Both the position numbers and the translations under genes were made by a program. From positions 4,448,001 to 4,512,000 of the forward strand of contig CBDDPY010000002.1 in the NCBI GenBank assembly GCA_965232515.1: a stretch of DNA of 64,000 nt, read 5' to 3'. Shown here piece after piece: positions 18,668-28,306 of the stretch (positions within the stretch are counted from its first letter, which is position 1; the number at the start of each line of letters is the position of its first letter). Source of the DNA: Alphaproteobacteria bacterium (lineage in GTDB: Bacteria; Pseudomonadota; Alphaproteobacteria; GCA-2731375). The notes beneath the pieces were generated by a model that was not told where the DNA came from, did not search any database, and worked only from the letters and a program-made list of their open reading frames with translations.

Positions 18668-18940
18668 CTATAGAGCCGAAGTCACCTTCAGAACGACTAC
18701 ATCACCCAGATCGTCACCAGAGGTGTCGATCTCCATTTGTCCATAGCGTTCCCCTTCGGCATTTGCACCAATCACGAATTTGCCCTCGGGCAGGCACAGT
18801 TGCACAAATCCACCACTGTCAGCGGCAAGAGCGATCTCGGGGAAGGCGACGCTGCTACGCACGACCGAGACGAAGGCACCCTCCATGGGCACCCCCATCT
18901 CATTCACAATTCGGAAAAGGACAAGCTTTCCATTACTCAT
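18668..18940 (-). CDS. Small carboxypeptidase-regulatory-like (transthyretin-like beta-sandwich) domain protein
   Basis: Pattern V...G.P.EGA.V.......AD..G...L.LP.G.F.I.A...G; ATGA overlap with the upstream protease stop. Confidence 0.65.
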   Translation of the reverse strand: MSNGKLVLFRIVNEMGVPMEGAFVSVVRSSVAFPEIALAADSGGFVQLCLPEGKFVIGANAEGERYGQMEIDTSGDDLGDVVVLKVTSAL

Positions 18941-19866
18941 CCGTGGTTGTTAGCTGTGTTGTCCGTGCTGATCCAGTCGGTAATTTGATCAAACACCTCC
19001 GGAATAATTCTCGGCGCGGAGTTTGCTGTTATGCCAAGGCTGAATGGTGTGCCGCCCGTCCCGTAGGCGTGGATAGCGACCACTACTGGCGGACCGTCTG
19101 TCTTCTCATGAATCCAAACCGGAGCCCCCGACTGCCCGCCAAATGTGTCGATGTCGTAAAAGACACGCCGCTCCGTGACATGCAAGACCCGATTGGCATG
19201 GAAGTATTGCTGACGACCGCCGCCGCGGTCGGCTGGATAGCCGCTGATATTGACCAGATGACTCTCCAGGTCCGACGGTGGAATGGTAGCGAAGCCGAAA
19301 AACCCGGTTTGCTCGCCTAGGGGTTCGTCTAGATGAATGCAGCCAATATCGAAATCTGGATCGGCGTCATTGACCCAACGATCGAGCGAAGAGAAGCGTG
19401 TGGCCACTGCCGTAGCGAAGGGAAAATCATCCTCGTCGCGTCCCGCACTGATTTCGATACGCTCGGCCCAACCGCCAAAAAAACCCTGGTGGTGTACGCA
19501 ATGGCCGGCCGTAACAATGGTTTGAGGTCCGGCCATCCAACCTGTGCCGATTGCACCCCCACCTCCAGGACCTATCAAACGCAGCGCACAGATCATTCGC
19601 CATGGATGCAGTTCGGTTTCCAACACGCGTTGGCGATCATCTAAGCCAATGACGCTCTCGAGTGCGCCGCCGCCAGGCGCAAAGCGGGGCTCGATTCGGC
19701 TTTCGCTTTTGCCGACGCGACGAAAAGCTCGCAGGGCGCGGGAATCGCCCTGCGGGGCCGACCCGGATTCACCAGCGTGGTCCTTTCGATCAGATGCTGC
19801 CGTGGCCGTTACGCTTTCTAGCGCCGCTTCGGCTACCGGCTTATGGACAGTATTCAATTTCACCAT
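18937..19866 (-). CDS. V8-like glutamyl endopeptidase (zymogen, no signal peptide)
   Basis: Mature-type N-terminus SVIGLDDRQRV; TAGHCV, DIGCI, SGYP, DTFGGQSGAPVW, AIHAYG; GGAGGAG RBS before ATG 19866. Confidence 0.9.
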   Translation of the reverse strand: MVKLNTVHKPVAEAALESVTATAASDRKDHAGESGSAPQGDSRALRAFRRVGKSESRIEPRFAPGGGALESVIGLDDRQRVLETELHPWRMICALRLIGPGGGGAIGTGWMAGPQTIVTAGHCVHHQGFFGGWAERIEISAGRDEDDFPFATAVATRFSSLDRWVNDADPDFDIGCIHLDEPLGEQTGFFGFATIPPSDLESHLVNISGYPADRGGGRQQYFHANRVLHVTERRVFYDIDTFGGQSGAPVWIHEKTDGPPVVVAIHAYGTGGTPFSLGITANSAPRIIPEVFDQITDWISTDNTANNHG

Positions 19867-19961
19867 AGGACTCTCCTCCATTCTGCGGTTTCATGGAAGC
19901 ATGGGGATGATCTTATTGGCGTAAGCTCGGGATCCGATGCTTTCGGAACTGCTGTCCACAA

Positions 19962-20885
19962 CTAAGATGTGACATTGTCGATCGCCGCCGCAAATAGTCC
20001 GCTGATGGTGGCGTAGCCAGCATCTGTCGGATGCAGTTCGTCGTACCACTCGTCGTCGGGAACCGCGCCGCGACAATCGATGTAAATGACCTTCTCTGGA
20101 AACTCCGCGGCAAGATCGGCAAGCGCCAAGTTTAAGCGATCGACAATGACTCGGATAATGTCGCGCTGCAGTGCACTGTCCTTGATCCCAAGTTCCTCCA
20201 TCGGAGCCCCAAGCCAGCGGCCCGAATCGGGGATGGCGTGGTCATAGCCCTGGCACAGAGCCTTGAGCGCCGGAAACGGTTCCGTTACGCGGCGAAACAA
20301 TTCGCGATAGAGTTGAACGATTCCCGTCAAGAACGGCGCAAAGTTCTCGTTCAGATATGCCTCTGCAGGGCGGTCCGGCTCGAAGGAGCGCAGATAGGTC
20401 TTGAGGTTGCCGCCACCGAGAAGGTCGTTTCCACCGCCGCTTATCAAGAACAGCTCTGCCTGTTCGCGTTCGATGGACCGCACCATCTCCCTCTGCTGCA
20501 ACATGTCCTGCAGCAGATCGCCGGCCGCGCCGAGGCTGAATATGGCGTAGCGTTCGAAGAGATGATCGACCACATCGTCAAGTAAGAGTGGAAATTGGAA
20601 CCAGGAATCGCCTTCGGACACGATCCTCAGTAGAGACTGGTCCTCTTGGATGCGCCGGCGATACCGAATCTGCCGCCGCCAGCGGGAAATCCCATTGAGC
20701 GATCCGAGCAGGAGGGCCGCCTCCTCGGGCCCTTCCTTCACCGCTTCGCGCCTTACGATGATTTGCGGCGCGAACGCGCGAGACTCGCCTTCGTTGACCT
20801 CAACAAAGGGCCGGAGATTCTTCTCTGGCACAGCCGGATCGAGAAGCATTCTCTCCAGTTCCCTGACTGAAATCTTTTCTGTCAT
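19962..20885 (-). CDS. SGNH/GDSL-family hydrolase
   Basis: Block I EGDSWF, block III SGGGND, block V DELHP. Confidence 0.85.
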   Translation of the reverse strand: MTEKISVRELERMLLDPAVPEKNLRPFVEVNEGESRAFAPQIIVRREAVKEGPEEAALLLGSLNGISRWRRQIRYRRRIQEDQSLLRIVSEGDSWFQFPLLLDDVVDHLFERYAIFSLGAAGDLLQDMLQQREMVRSIEREQAELFLISGGGNDLLGGGNLKTYLRSFEPDRPAEAYLNENFAPFLTGIVQLYRELFRRVTEPFPALKALCQGYDHAIPDSGRWLGAPMEELGIKDSALQRDIIRVIVDRLNLALADLAAEFPEKVIYIDCRGAVPDDEWYDELHPTDAGYATISGLFAAAIDNVTS

Positions 20886-21361
20886 CGCGAAACATTCCAG
20901 CGAAAATCGAAATGGTCCAATGGGCTGTCAGCGCGATCAATGATTCATGTCACCGGGTCGCCTAATGGGCGTCTAGGCGCAGCAGGGACAGACGCTGGGC
21001 AGCGCCATGGTCGACACCCAATGACACTCCGCGCTCCGGATGTCTGGCCCCTATTTCACTTTCTGATTGAGTGAAACAAGTATCTTCAATCAACTACTCA
21101 GGGGCTTGTTAGATGATAATGAAGCTATTTTACGCAATCCATGCACATTGTGCTACCAAAAATAGATCTTTGCGCAGTACAAGTTTCGATTTTAAGGTTC
21201 TCCATTCCGTTGGCAACTCAGGGCACGGTTAGATCCTGTGACGGATTGCGGCCGAAGAGAGCTCCACTATCTGTTCGTAATCGGCGATGATCGCGATGAC
21301 ACAGCCGAACAGAAACGCAATCCCAACTTAAGCCGACCTAGCGAGTCTCGGCGATTTCCGC

Positions 21362-22981
21362 TCAGCAATTGACGGTACTGGTGCCTGCATCCTCAATTTC
21401 GACCCGAGTGTCCTCTAATAGAATGCGGAAATCCGAAATCAAACGGTTCCAATATTTGTACACGAGGTGGACCATTCGGGACTTTGAGCCTCTCGAAGTC
21501 CATATCAGCTCGTAACAGAGCCCTGTTTTCGCGGTTCCAAACCCTGTTTCCCGAGAGTGTGGTATCCCCTCCGGAAAGATCACCTTCTCGAACCATCGGC
21601 GTTGCGCTACCGGCAGGGTGTGCCAATTGCGGGGGTAGCTCTCGATCCGTTTCGCCGTCTTCTTCGCTACAGTTGGCAGATCGTATTGAACTGCCTCTGC
21701 CCGCTCGGCGCTTTGCCGGATTTCACTGATAGACTCGCCGATCGCCTGCTTGCGTGACAGGAACTCTTCGTCTGTCAGGAGGCCCTGGGCTCTCATGTCG
21801 ATGAGCATATCCAGTCTGCTCTCCAGTTCAGAGAGGCGCTTGGCACTTGATCGGCTTGCTTGCATCGCTGCGCTTTGTCGATAGTCCCAGACGTGTTGAA
21901 CGGCTTCCACAAAGACATTGAGCATGGCGCCCGTCGGCGTGTGCTTTAGGACCAGGTCGGTGAATTCGGCTTCTAGCCGTTTCTTCGGCACGCCCTTGCC
22001 GTAAGCCGGGCATCGCGTCTTGGCGCAATGGTAGTAGGCGTAGCGGCCTCCATTCCCGCGTGACCAGCTACCCGTTAGGGGTCCGCGACAGGATGCACAG
22101 CGCACGGTGCGTCGCAGCGGGAAATCTGGATGCTCGGCGGCTCGGCGCATCTTGGGACGCGGCTTGCCGGAGCGCAGGTGCTGAACCTGCTCGAACTCCA
22201 CCGCGGTGAGCATGGCCTTGTGCTTTGCGGCGAACTCTTCGCCGGTCCAGGGATTTGCGATGATGCCGGCATAAAACTTGTTGCACAGGATGCGGTCGAC
22301 CTGCTGGTTGTAGAGCCGCTTGCCGTTGAGCGTGCGCAGGCCCCACTCGTTTCCGAGCCGGGCAAGCTCCGCTGTGCTACAGATTCCCTCGTCGAGGCAG
22401 GTGCGGAAAAGGCGCTGGACGAGCGCGAAGCGTTCAGGATCTGGCTGGTCTGGTGCAAGCTTCTTGAGACCCTGGGCGCGACTTCGACCGCAGAGATAGC
22501 CGAGCGGCGGCTGCCAGGGGTAGATGCCGGCCTCGATCTTTGCAGCCATGCCCCGGATGACGCGTTCGCGCCGGATGCAATTATCGATTTCGGCCTGTAG
22601 GGCCGTGAAGGTCTCGTAAACGCGGCTTGAGAGCGAGTCCCGGTCGTCGAGGGATGTCTCAGTGGCGGAATGGATGGCGATGCCTTGCTCGCTCAGTGTC
22701 CGCTTGATGTAGTAGTAGTCCATTTGGTTCCGGCTCAACCGGTCCAGCTTCCAGACGATGAGGGCGTCGATCTTGCGCCTGCGAGCAGCGCAGTGCCGCA
22801 TGAGCTCCTGCAGCTGGGGCCGGTCGGCGAATTTTGCGCTCTCTCCTCTCTCCTCGAACATCGCGACGACGGCCATGCCCTTGTTGTTGGCATAGCGAAG
22901 ACAGTCCTCGCGCTGAAAGTCGAGCGAGGTTCCCTCCACCTGCTCGTCTGAGCTGACTCGGGTGTAGATGATTGCGTTCAT
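21362..22981 (-). CDS. Large serine recombinase (resolvase + recombinase + Zn-ribbon/coiled coil)
   Basis: YTRVSS catalytic Ser, DRLSRN, PLGY, CASC...YYHC...C zinc ribbon. Start inferred at MNAIIY (22981). Confidence 0.93.
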   Translation of the reverse strand: MNAIIYTRVSSDEQVEGTSLDFQREDCLRYANNKGMAVVAMFEERGESAKFADRPQLQELMRHCAARRRKIDALIVWKLDRLSRNQMDYYYIKRTLSEQGIAIHSATETSLDDRDSLSSRVYETFTALQAEIDNCIRRERVIRGMAAKIEAGIYPWQPPLGYLCGRSRAQGLKKLAPDQPDPERFALVQRLFRTCLDEGICSTAELARLGNEWGLRTLNGKRLYNQQVDRILCNKFYAGIIANPWTGEEFAAKHKAMLTAVEFEQVQHLRSGKPRPKMRRAAEHPDFPLRRTVRCASCRGPLTGSWSRGNGGRYAYYHCAKTRCPAYGKGVPKKRLEAEFTDLVLKHTPTGAMLNVFVEAVQHVWDYRQSAAMQASRSSAKRLSELESRLDMLIDMRAQGLLTDEEFLSRKQAIGESISEIRQSAERAEAVQYDLPTVAKKTAKRIESYPRNWHTLPVAQRRWFEKVIFPEGIPHSRETGFGTAKTGLCYELIWTSRGSKSRMVHLVYKYWNRLISDFRILLEDTRVEIEDAGTSTVNC

Positions 22982-23021
22982 AGGATTAGTGAGGACGTTC
23001 GGAGGGCGCGCGTTAGCAGCG

Positions 23022-23273
23022 TCAGTTGCCCTCAAAGTCCCTGGGATCATTATACGTCCACTCGCCGCGCAGTTCCAATTCCCACAGCTCAATCGCAAGT
23101 TCGGCCAGTTCGTAGGCCGCTCTGCGGAACTCCTCCGCGTCGGTGTCCGACATGTCAGGCAGCCCGGCAAGCTCACGCACACGGTCGAGCGAAAGCAGGG
23201 TCATTTGCGGCGGCGTAGCCGTGCCATCCATTCGAGCTGTAGGCAAATCCTTGGATCGTTTGCTCGTGGTCAT
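23022..23273 (-). CDS. Small acidic helical protein upstream of the recombinase (possible accessory factor)
   Basis: Same strand, between parB and the recombinase; helical LSLDRVRELAG...SDTDAEEFRRAAYELAEL. Confidence 0.5.
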   Translation of the reverse strand: MTTSKRSKDLPTARMDGTATPPQMTLLSLDRVRELAGLPDMSDTDAEEFRRAAYELAELAIELWELELRGEWTYNDPRDFEGN

Positions 23274-23337
23274 GATGAAAAAAGGAGAGGCCGATCGCTC
23301 GGCCCCTGAAGGGAACTATTGGACAGATGTTGCTCGG

Positions 23338-25212
23338 CTACTCGGCAGCATTGGCGACCCGCGTAGTTTGGCGCAACGGCTCCGGCAGCCAACGCTTGCC
23401 AGTCAGCAGCTCCTCGGCCCTGAGCGCCATGGCGTCTTTCTTCAGCCGCTCGATATTCTCGGCAGCTTGCGGTGTCACCGCCTCGGACACTGCCGCAAGG
23501 ATGAGTGCCTTTGGCACTCGCGAGAAATAGCTCTCCCGGGTGGGCTCCCACCATTTCGCCATGTCGAGCCCAATGGCTTCGGCGATGAGCTCACTTTCGG
23601 TCTGGCGTTCGGGGGTTATGCCCGCGTGGCGCCGGTGCACGACGTCCAGTGTGACCGCGATGCAGAACGCGAGTAGCTTTGCGCGCGTAGCACCGCATTG
23701 AGCCGCGAGCCAGGTCCACAGCTCTTCAAGGGCCGGCAGCTTCTCTTGTAGACGCTGCCGTCGCTTTGCAAGAGCCACGGCAGCCTTGCTCTCGCCAATG
23801 CCTTCGGCCGACAGCCTCAGGTCGGAAGAAACCGGTTGGATGCTGACGCATCCATCCCGCAGCTCTCCGTAGAAGACGGACCGCACGAGCGTATACAGAA
23901 GCGCCGTGAGGGCGACGTCCGAACGTTCGGCCAAGGCCTCTCGCAACGCCGCTGTGCGATGCGCGGATAGATCCTCCCGTAGCGCTTCGGAAAGCGTGGG
24001 TTGCGACACGCCGTTCGCATCCTTCTTTCTCTTCGGCTTTTGCTGACCACTAGCTGCTTCGGGGTTTCCCGAATCGTTGGGCTTGATCAATCCACCTGTG
24101 ATCGACAGCAGGCCTTGGTAGTCGAGCGAGATGAACACGCCAGCACAGGCCTTTGCCTCGTCGCTCCACTGCAGCCTTCGCTCAGACAGTGCGTTGATCT
24201 CGGCCTGGATGCGATCAAGCTCTGCTGCGATTTCTGCTGGCGGCTCATCGTCGAGTTTGGCGATTATGGCATCGTGCTGCTCGCAGAGCTCTTCGAGCCT
24301 GCCATCTCCTTCTTCCGTCAGACCGCCCAGGTCGGGCGGAACGCGGCGGAAGCGTGTCAGCGCCTCGTAACTGGTCTCGACAGCAGTCTCCACCCAGGCC
24401 CAGCCTTCCGGGCCGAGCTTCTCGGCCTCGGCTGCCAACTTTTCCGCAACCAGACGGTTCAGCAGGACACTGTCGGCGAAGTAGCCGCCATCCTCCGAAT
24501 CGAAGAGATCGCGGATTACGGTGCCGCCAGCGGCCTCGTAGGCCGCAATGCCGACAAACTTGGCGCGCCGGTCGTTGGCATGCACGAGCGACTGAGTGAG
24601 GGCGTGCCGGATCGACTGTGGTTGGCGCTGATAAGCCGGCGTGTCGAACCAGACCCGCTCCTGCGCCTCGTGGTCGTCGGTGATGGTGAAGGCGACGAGC
24701 TGATCGAGCCCCATGTCGCCGTGCCGATAGACGTCCATCAGCTTCGGACTGACCGCGGCAAGCTTCAGCCGCTGCCGCACCATGCTCTCGGAGATCCCGA
24801 AGCGGGCGGCGATGTCCTCGATGCTGTGTCCCACCGTCTGCAGCTTCGAGAAGGCCTCGAACTGGTCGGCGGGATGCAGCGGCGTGCGGACCGCATTCTC
24901 CGCGAGCGAAACTTCGACCGCATCGTCCTCGTCAAGCACCAGACACAGCACGGGGGCGTCTTTGGCGATACGCTTACGCTTGGCGAGCAGCTTCAAAGCT
25001 GCAAGGCGGCGACCGCCAGCGACCACCTCGTACATAGGCTGGCTGTCATTCGTCTTGCTGGCACATTGGCGGACGGTGAGGTTTTGCAGCAGGCCGTGCG
25101 CGGCAATGCTTGCGGCCAGCTCCTCGATATTCGCCTTTGGATTGGTCTTGCGGACATTGGTGCGGGATCGCTGCAACTGGCACAGCGGCACCGTGACGAG
25201 CTTCTGGGTCAC
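23338..25212 (-). CDS. parB: ParB/RepB/Spo0J-family protein, long plasmid/ICE type
   Basis: NVRK, LAASIAAHGLLQNL, VAGGRRLAAL, SLAEN, HTH IEDIAARFG; long C-terminal region ending WLPEPLR; AGGAG RBS before GTG. Confidence 0.9.
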   Translation of the reverse strand: MTQKLVTVPLCQLQRSRTNVRKTNPKANIEELAASIAAHGLLQNLTVRQCASKTNDSQPMYEVVAGGRRLAALKLLAKRKRIAKDAPVLCLVLDEDDAVEVSLAENAVRTPLHPADQFEAFSKLQTVGHSIEDIAARFGISESMVRQRLKLAAVSPKLMDVYRHGDMGLDQLVAFTITDDHEAQERVWFDTPAYQRQPQSIRHALTQSLVHANDRRAKFVGIAAYEAAGGTVIRDLFDSEDGGYFADSVLLNRLVAEKLAAEAEKLGPEGWAWVETAVETSYEALTRFRRVPPDLGGLTEEGDGRLEELCEQHDAIIAKLDDEPPAEIAAELDRIQAEINALSERRLQWSDEAKACAGVFISLDYQGLLSITGGLIKPNDSGNPEAASGQQKPKRKKDANGVSQPTLSEALREDLSAHRTAALREALAERSDVALTALLYTLVRSVFYGELRDGCVSIQPVSSDLRLSAEGIGESKAAVALAKRRQRLQEKLPALEELWTWLAAQCGATRAKLLAFCIAVTLDVVHRRHAGITPERQTESELIAEAIGLDMAKWWEPTRESYFSRVPKALILAAVSEAVTPQAAENIERLKKDAMALRAEELLTGKRWLPEPLRQTTRVANAAE

Positions 25213-25449
25213 AGGCGTTCTCCTGATCGGATTGTGTGGAAGGGCGCCGAAGGTCTCCGGACAGCTGTGTCATGCTGACGAGGATGTGCCGATCGAGTCG
25301 GTGTGGCGCCGGGATTGCGGACCTGCAAAGAACAGGTGCCGCCGTTCATTCTCGGTCAGGAAGAGCATGCGCCGTAGAGGGCGGAATGCGGCTTTGATGC
25401 CCTATGCACGTTTCTCATTCGCCCGACCGCGCCCTGGCATGATGGAGTG

Positions 25450-26670
25450 ATGAATGGAGGCTCCGGCAACGACATCACTTACTTCGCACGCACAAACTTC
25501 CGTGGCGGCGGTCGCCTGGTTGGCATTAGACCCGCCGATCGCCTAAGCCACGTCTACGTCATCGGAAAGACCGGTACCGGAAAGTCCACCTTGCTTGAGA
25601 CGATGATCCGTCAGGACATTGCGCGCGGTGACGGCGTTGCCCTCATTGATCCGCACGGGGATCTTGCGGAGCGCGTGGCACGCGCTATGGCGGTACATCG
25701 CCCTGACAGCCTGATCTACGTAAATACGCCGGATAGCGCGCAACCGTACGGCTACAATCCGCTCACGCACGTCTCCGAAATTCATCGATCTCGTGCCGCC
25801 TCAGGGCTCCTGGAAATTTTCCGCAAGCAGTGGGATGCCCGCTCTTGGGGAGCGCGCATGGAGCATATTTTGCGGCACGCGATCTTGGCGCTTCTTGAAG
25901 AAAAGCGTGCGACGCTCTCGGATATCCAGCGATTACTAACGGATAAACGGTATCGAAGAGCCCTTGCGGCGCGCCTTAGCAACCCGCAGGTGCAAACGTT
26001 CTGGCGGCACGAGTACGAACGGTATTCCTACCGTTACCGAGCCGAGGCGATCGCTCCCATTCAGAACAAGATCGGGACGTATCTTGCCGATCTGCGGCTC
26101 GCCCGCTTTCTGACCAATTCAGAGAAACCGCTTCGCATGCGCCGCATCATGGACGAGGGCCGTGTGCTTCTTGTGAACCTCTCGAAGGGTGAGGTTGGCG
26201 AAGACACGTCGAACCTGCTTGGCGGTGTTCTCGTGACGGCGATTGGTCTTGCCGCGTTCAGCCGGGCCGGCACAGCACTGTCCGCACGCCGTCGGTTCTT
26301 CCTCTATGTGGACGAATTCCAGACATTCACCACGCTCTCGTTTGCCACCATGATCTCGGAATTGCGGAAGTACGGCGTCGGCCTGGTGCTCGCGCACCAG
26401 TATCTCGACCAGCTGGATCCTGCCGTACGGGCCGCCGTGATTGGCAATGCCGGCACGCTGATTTCCTTCCGTTTGGGGGCGGACGACGCCGCATTTGTCG
26501 CCCGGGAGCTCGCGCCTCGGTTTGCGGCAAACGACGTGCTCCACCTCCCGAATCACGACGTCTACGTCCGGCTAGCGATTGATGGCGCGCCTTCACAGCC
26601 GTTTAGCGCGACAACCATACCTTTTCTTTCACAGCAACAAACTTGTCCCCTTGTATCGTTTCGCAGCTAA
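25450..26670 (+). CDS. VirD4/TraD-like coupling-protein family ATPase (HerA/FtsK superfamily), no TM anchor
   Basis: Walker A IGKTGTGKST, IDPHGD, Walker B LYVDEFQ, RKYGVGLVLAHQ, SQPFSATT. Confidence 0.85.
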   Translation: MNGGSGNDITYFARTNFRGGGRLVGIRPADRLSHVYVIGKTGTGKSTLLETMIRQDIARGDGVALIDPHGDLAERVARAMAVHRPDSLIYVNTPDSAQPYGYNPLTHVSEIHRSRAASGLLEIFRKQWDARSWGARMEHILRHAILALLEEKRATLSDIQRLLTDKRYRRALAARLSNPQVQTFWRHEYERYSYRYRAEAIAPIQNKIGTYLADLRLARFLTNSEKPLRMRRIMDEGRVLLVNLSKGEVGEDTSNLLGGVLVTAIGLAAFSRAGTALSARRRFFLYVDEFQTFTTLSFATMISELRKYGVGLVLAHQYLDQLDPAVRAAVIGNAGTLISFRLGADDAAFVARELAPRFAANDVLHLPNHDVYVRLAIDGAPSQPFSATTIPFLSQQQTCPLVSFRS

Positions 26671-26924
26671 ACAGATTGATGATCTCTCGTCGGAACCACA
26701 AAAGGGTCGACACGGGTGCATGGCTCCAAAGTTTGATCCGATCGCTAGCCGTTTCGGGAGGCTGTTTTTGTTTGATTTCTTGGTGAAATTTAGGGTATCT
26801 GCCCCGCGCATGTGAGTCTTTCCCAACGAACTTTCAGGGTTTTTGGGTAATGAGCCGCTTTGCGAAAACTGCTTATTTTGTGCCATTGCAACGTGACTCA
26901 AAATGAATCATATTGATTCATAGC

Positions 26925-27104
26925 ATGACTGAGATCGACGGCTCATCCACCAAGAAAGCGGTGCATACAAGATTGGACAGAGGAACCTACGAGAGGCTCG
27001 TGGCCTTAGCCAACGATAGACACAGTTCGTTGTCGCGGATCATACGGCTCGCAATCAATGCGTATCTTGAGCAAGCCTCTGCCGAGCAATCCGAATCCAG
27101 ATGA
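26925..27104 (+). CDS. Ribbon-helix-helix (CopG-like) DNA-binding protein
   Basis: beta-strand VHTRL followed by helices YERLVALA and SLSRIIRLAINAYL. Confidence 0.65.
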   Translation: MTEIDGSSTKKAVHTRLDRGTYERLVALANDRHSSLSRIIRLAINAYLEQASAEQSESR

Positions 27105-27189
27105 GGATCCCATTTGGCAGGTGGTGTGGACAGCTATCGTTGCCCAATCAGTTTCGGAATAATACACTGAAAAGAACAGACACATTCCA

Positions 27190-28281
27190 ATGAACACACT
27201 CGAATTGATTAAGAGTAGACGATCTGTGTCCGCCTATAGAGATAGCGGTGTTAATACTGAAGAAGCTGATGCTGGCCTCAGCAAAATCGTTTCTCGAATA
27301 AAGCAAACGTGGCCACGCTCTGGTGATGGTCAGGTAAAACTCGATATCGGGATGTTTGCAAATGTGCTTGATATTGGGGGTATGGGTATTGCAATTTGTA
27401 CTGATGGTGTCGGATCGAAGACGATTATTGCCCAAATGATGGACAAATATGACACGATCGGTATCGATTGTGTTGCAATGAATGTAAACGACTTGATTTG
27501 TGTCGGAGCAAGGCCAACAACACTTGTTGACTACATTGCGATTGAACATGCAACAGAATCAGTGCTCGATGGTATCGCGGCGGGTCTATGCGCCGGCGCG
27601 GCATCGGCAAGAATTTCAATATCTGGTGGTGAGATCGCACAATTGAAAGACATAGTGCACGGATTTGATCTCGTAGGTACCTGCATCGGTCATGTCGATT
27701 TAGATAAGATTGTTATTGGACAAGACGTTCGTGAAGGTGACGTTGTCATCGGAATCCGAAGCAACGGCGTGCATAGCAATGGGTTGTCGCTCGCTCGTAA
27801 GGCGTTTTTCGAAAACAACGACTACAAAATCTCTCACAAATTCAGCGAACTAGACTGCACGCTCGGAGAAGAGCTTCTCAAGCCAACTTATATTTATGTG
27901 CAAGAAACGATGGAGCTTCTAAAGGATTTTCAGTCCGTTAAAGCGCTCGTCAACATTACAAGTGATGGATTTCTCAACCTTACGCGCGTGGCGTCAGATG
28001 TCGGCTATATCATCGAACATCTCCCAGAGCCGCATCCAATTTTCTCGCTCATCCAAGACTTCGCATCTGTCGATGATACGGAGATGTTTGAGGTATTCAA
28101 CATGGGTATCGGGTTTTGCGTCGTTGTTGATCCTGCAGCGGTGGGAAAGACACTATCAGTACTAGAGGCGCACGGTCGGGACGCGTCGGTCATTGGATAC
28201 GCGGTCTCGGACGCCGAGAAATTGGTACGCATCCCGCAGTACCGGCTTGAGGGCAAAGGCAAAAAATTCTGCAAGAAGTAG
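27190..28281 (+). CDS. purM: Phosphoribosylformylglycinamidine cyclo-ligase (AIR synthetase), orphan low-GC copy
   Basis: Y.DSGV, TDGVGSK, GIDCVAMNVND, DY, GGE, SNGVHSNG, LLKPTYIY, FNMGIGF. Confidence 0.9.
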   Translation: MNTLELIKSRRSVSAYRDSGVNTEEADAGLSKIVSRIKQTWPRSGDGQVKLDIGMFANVLDIGGMGIAICTDGVGSKTIIAQMMDKYDTIGIDCVAMNVNDLICVGARPTTLVDYIAIEHATESVLDGIAAGLCAGAASARISISGGEIAQLKDIVHGFDLVGTCIGHVDLDKIVIGQDVREGDVVIGIRSNGVHSNGLSLARKAFFENNDYKISHKFSELDCTLGEELLKPTYIYVQETMELLKDFQSVKALVNITSDGFLNLTRVASDVGYIIEHLPEPHPIFSLIQDFASVDDTEMFEVFNMGIGFCVVVDPAAVGKTLSVLEAHGRDASVIGYAVSDAEKLVRIPQYRLEGKGKKFCKK

Positions 28282-28306
28282 CAGTCTTAGCTTGTCAGTC
28301 TTCGAT

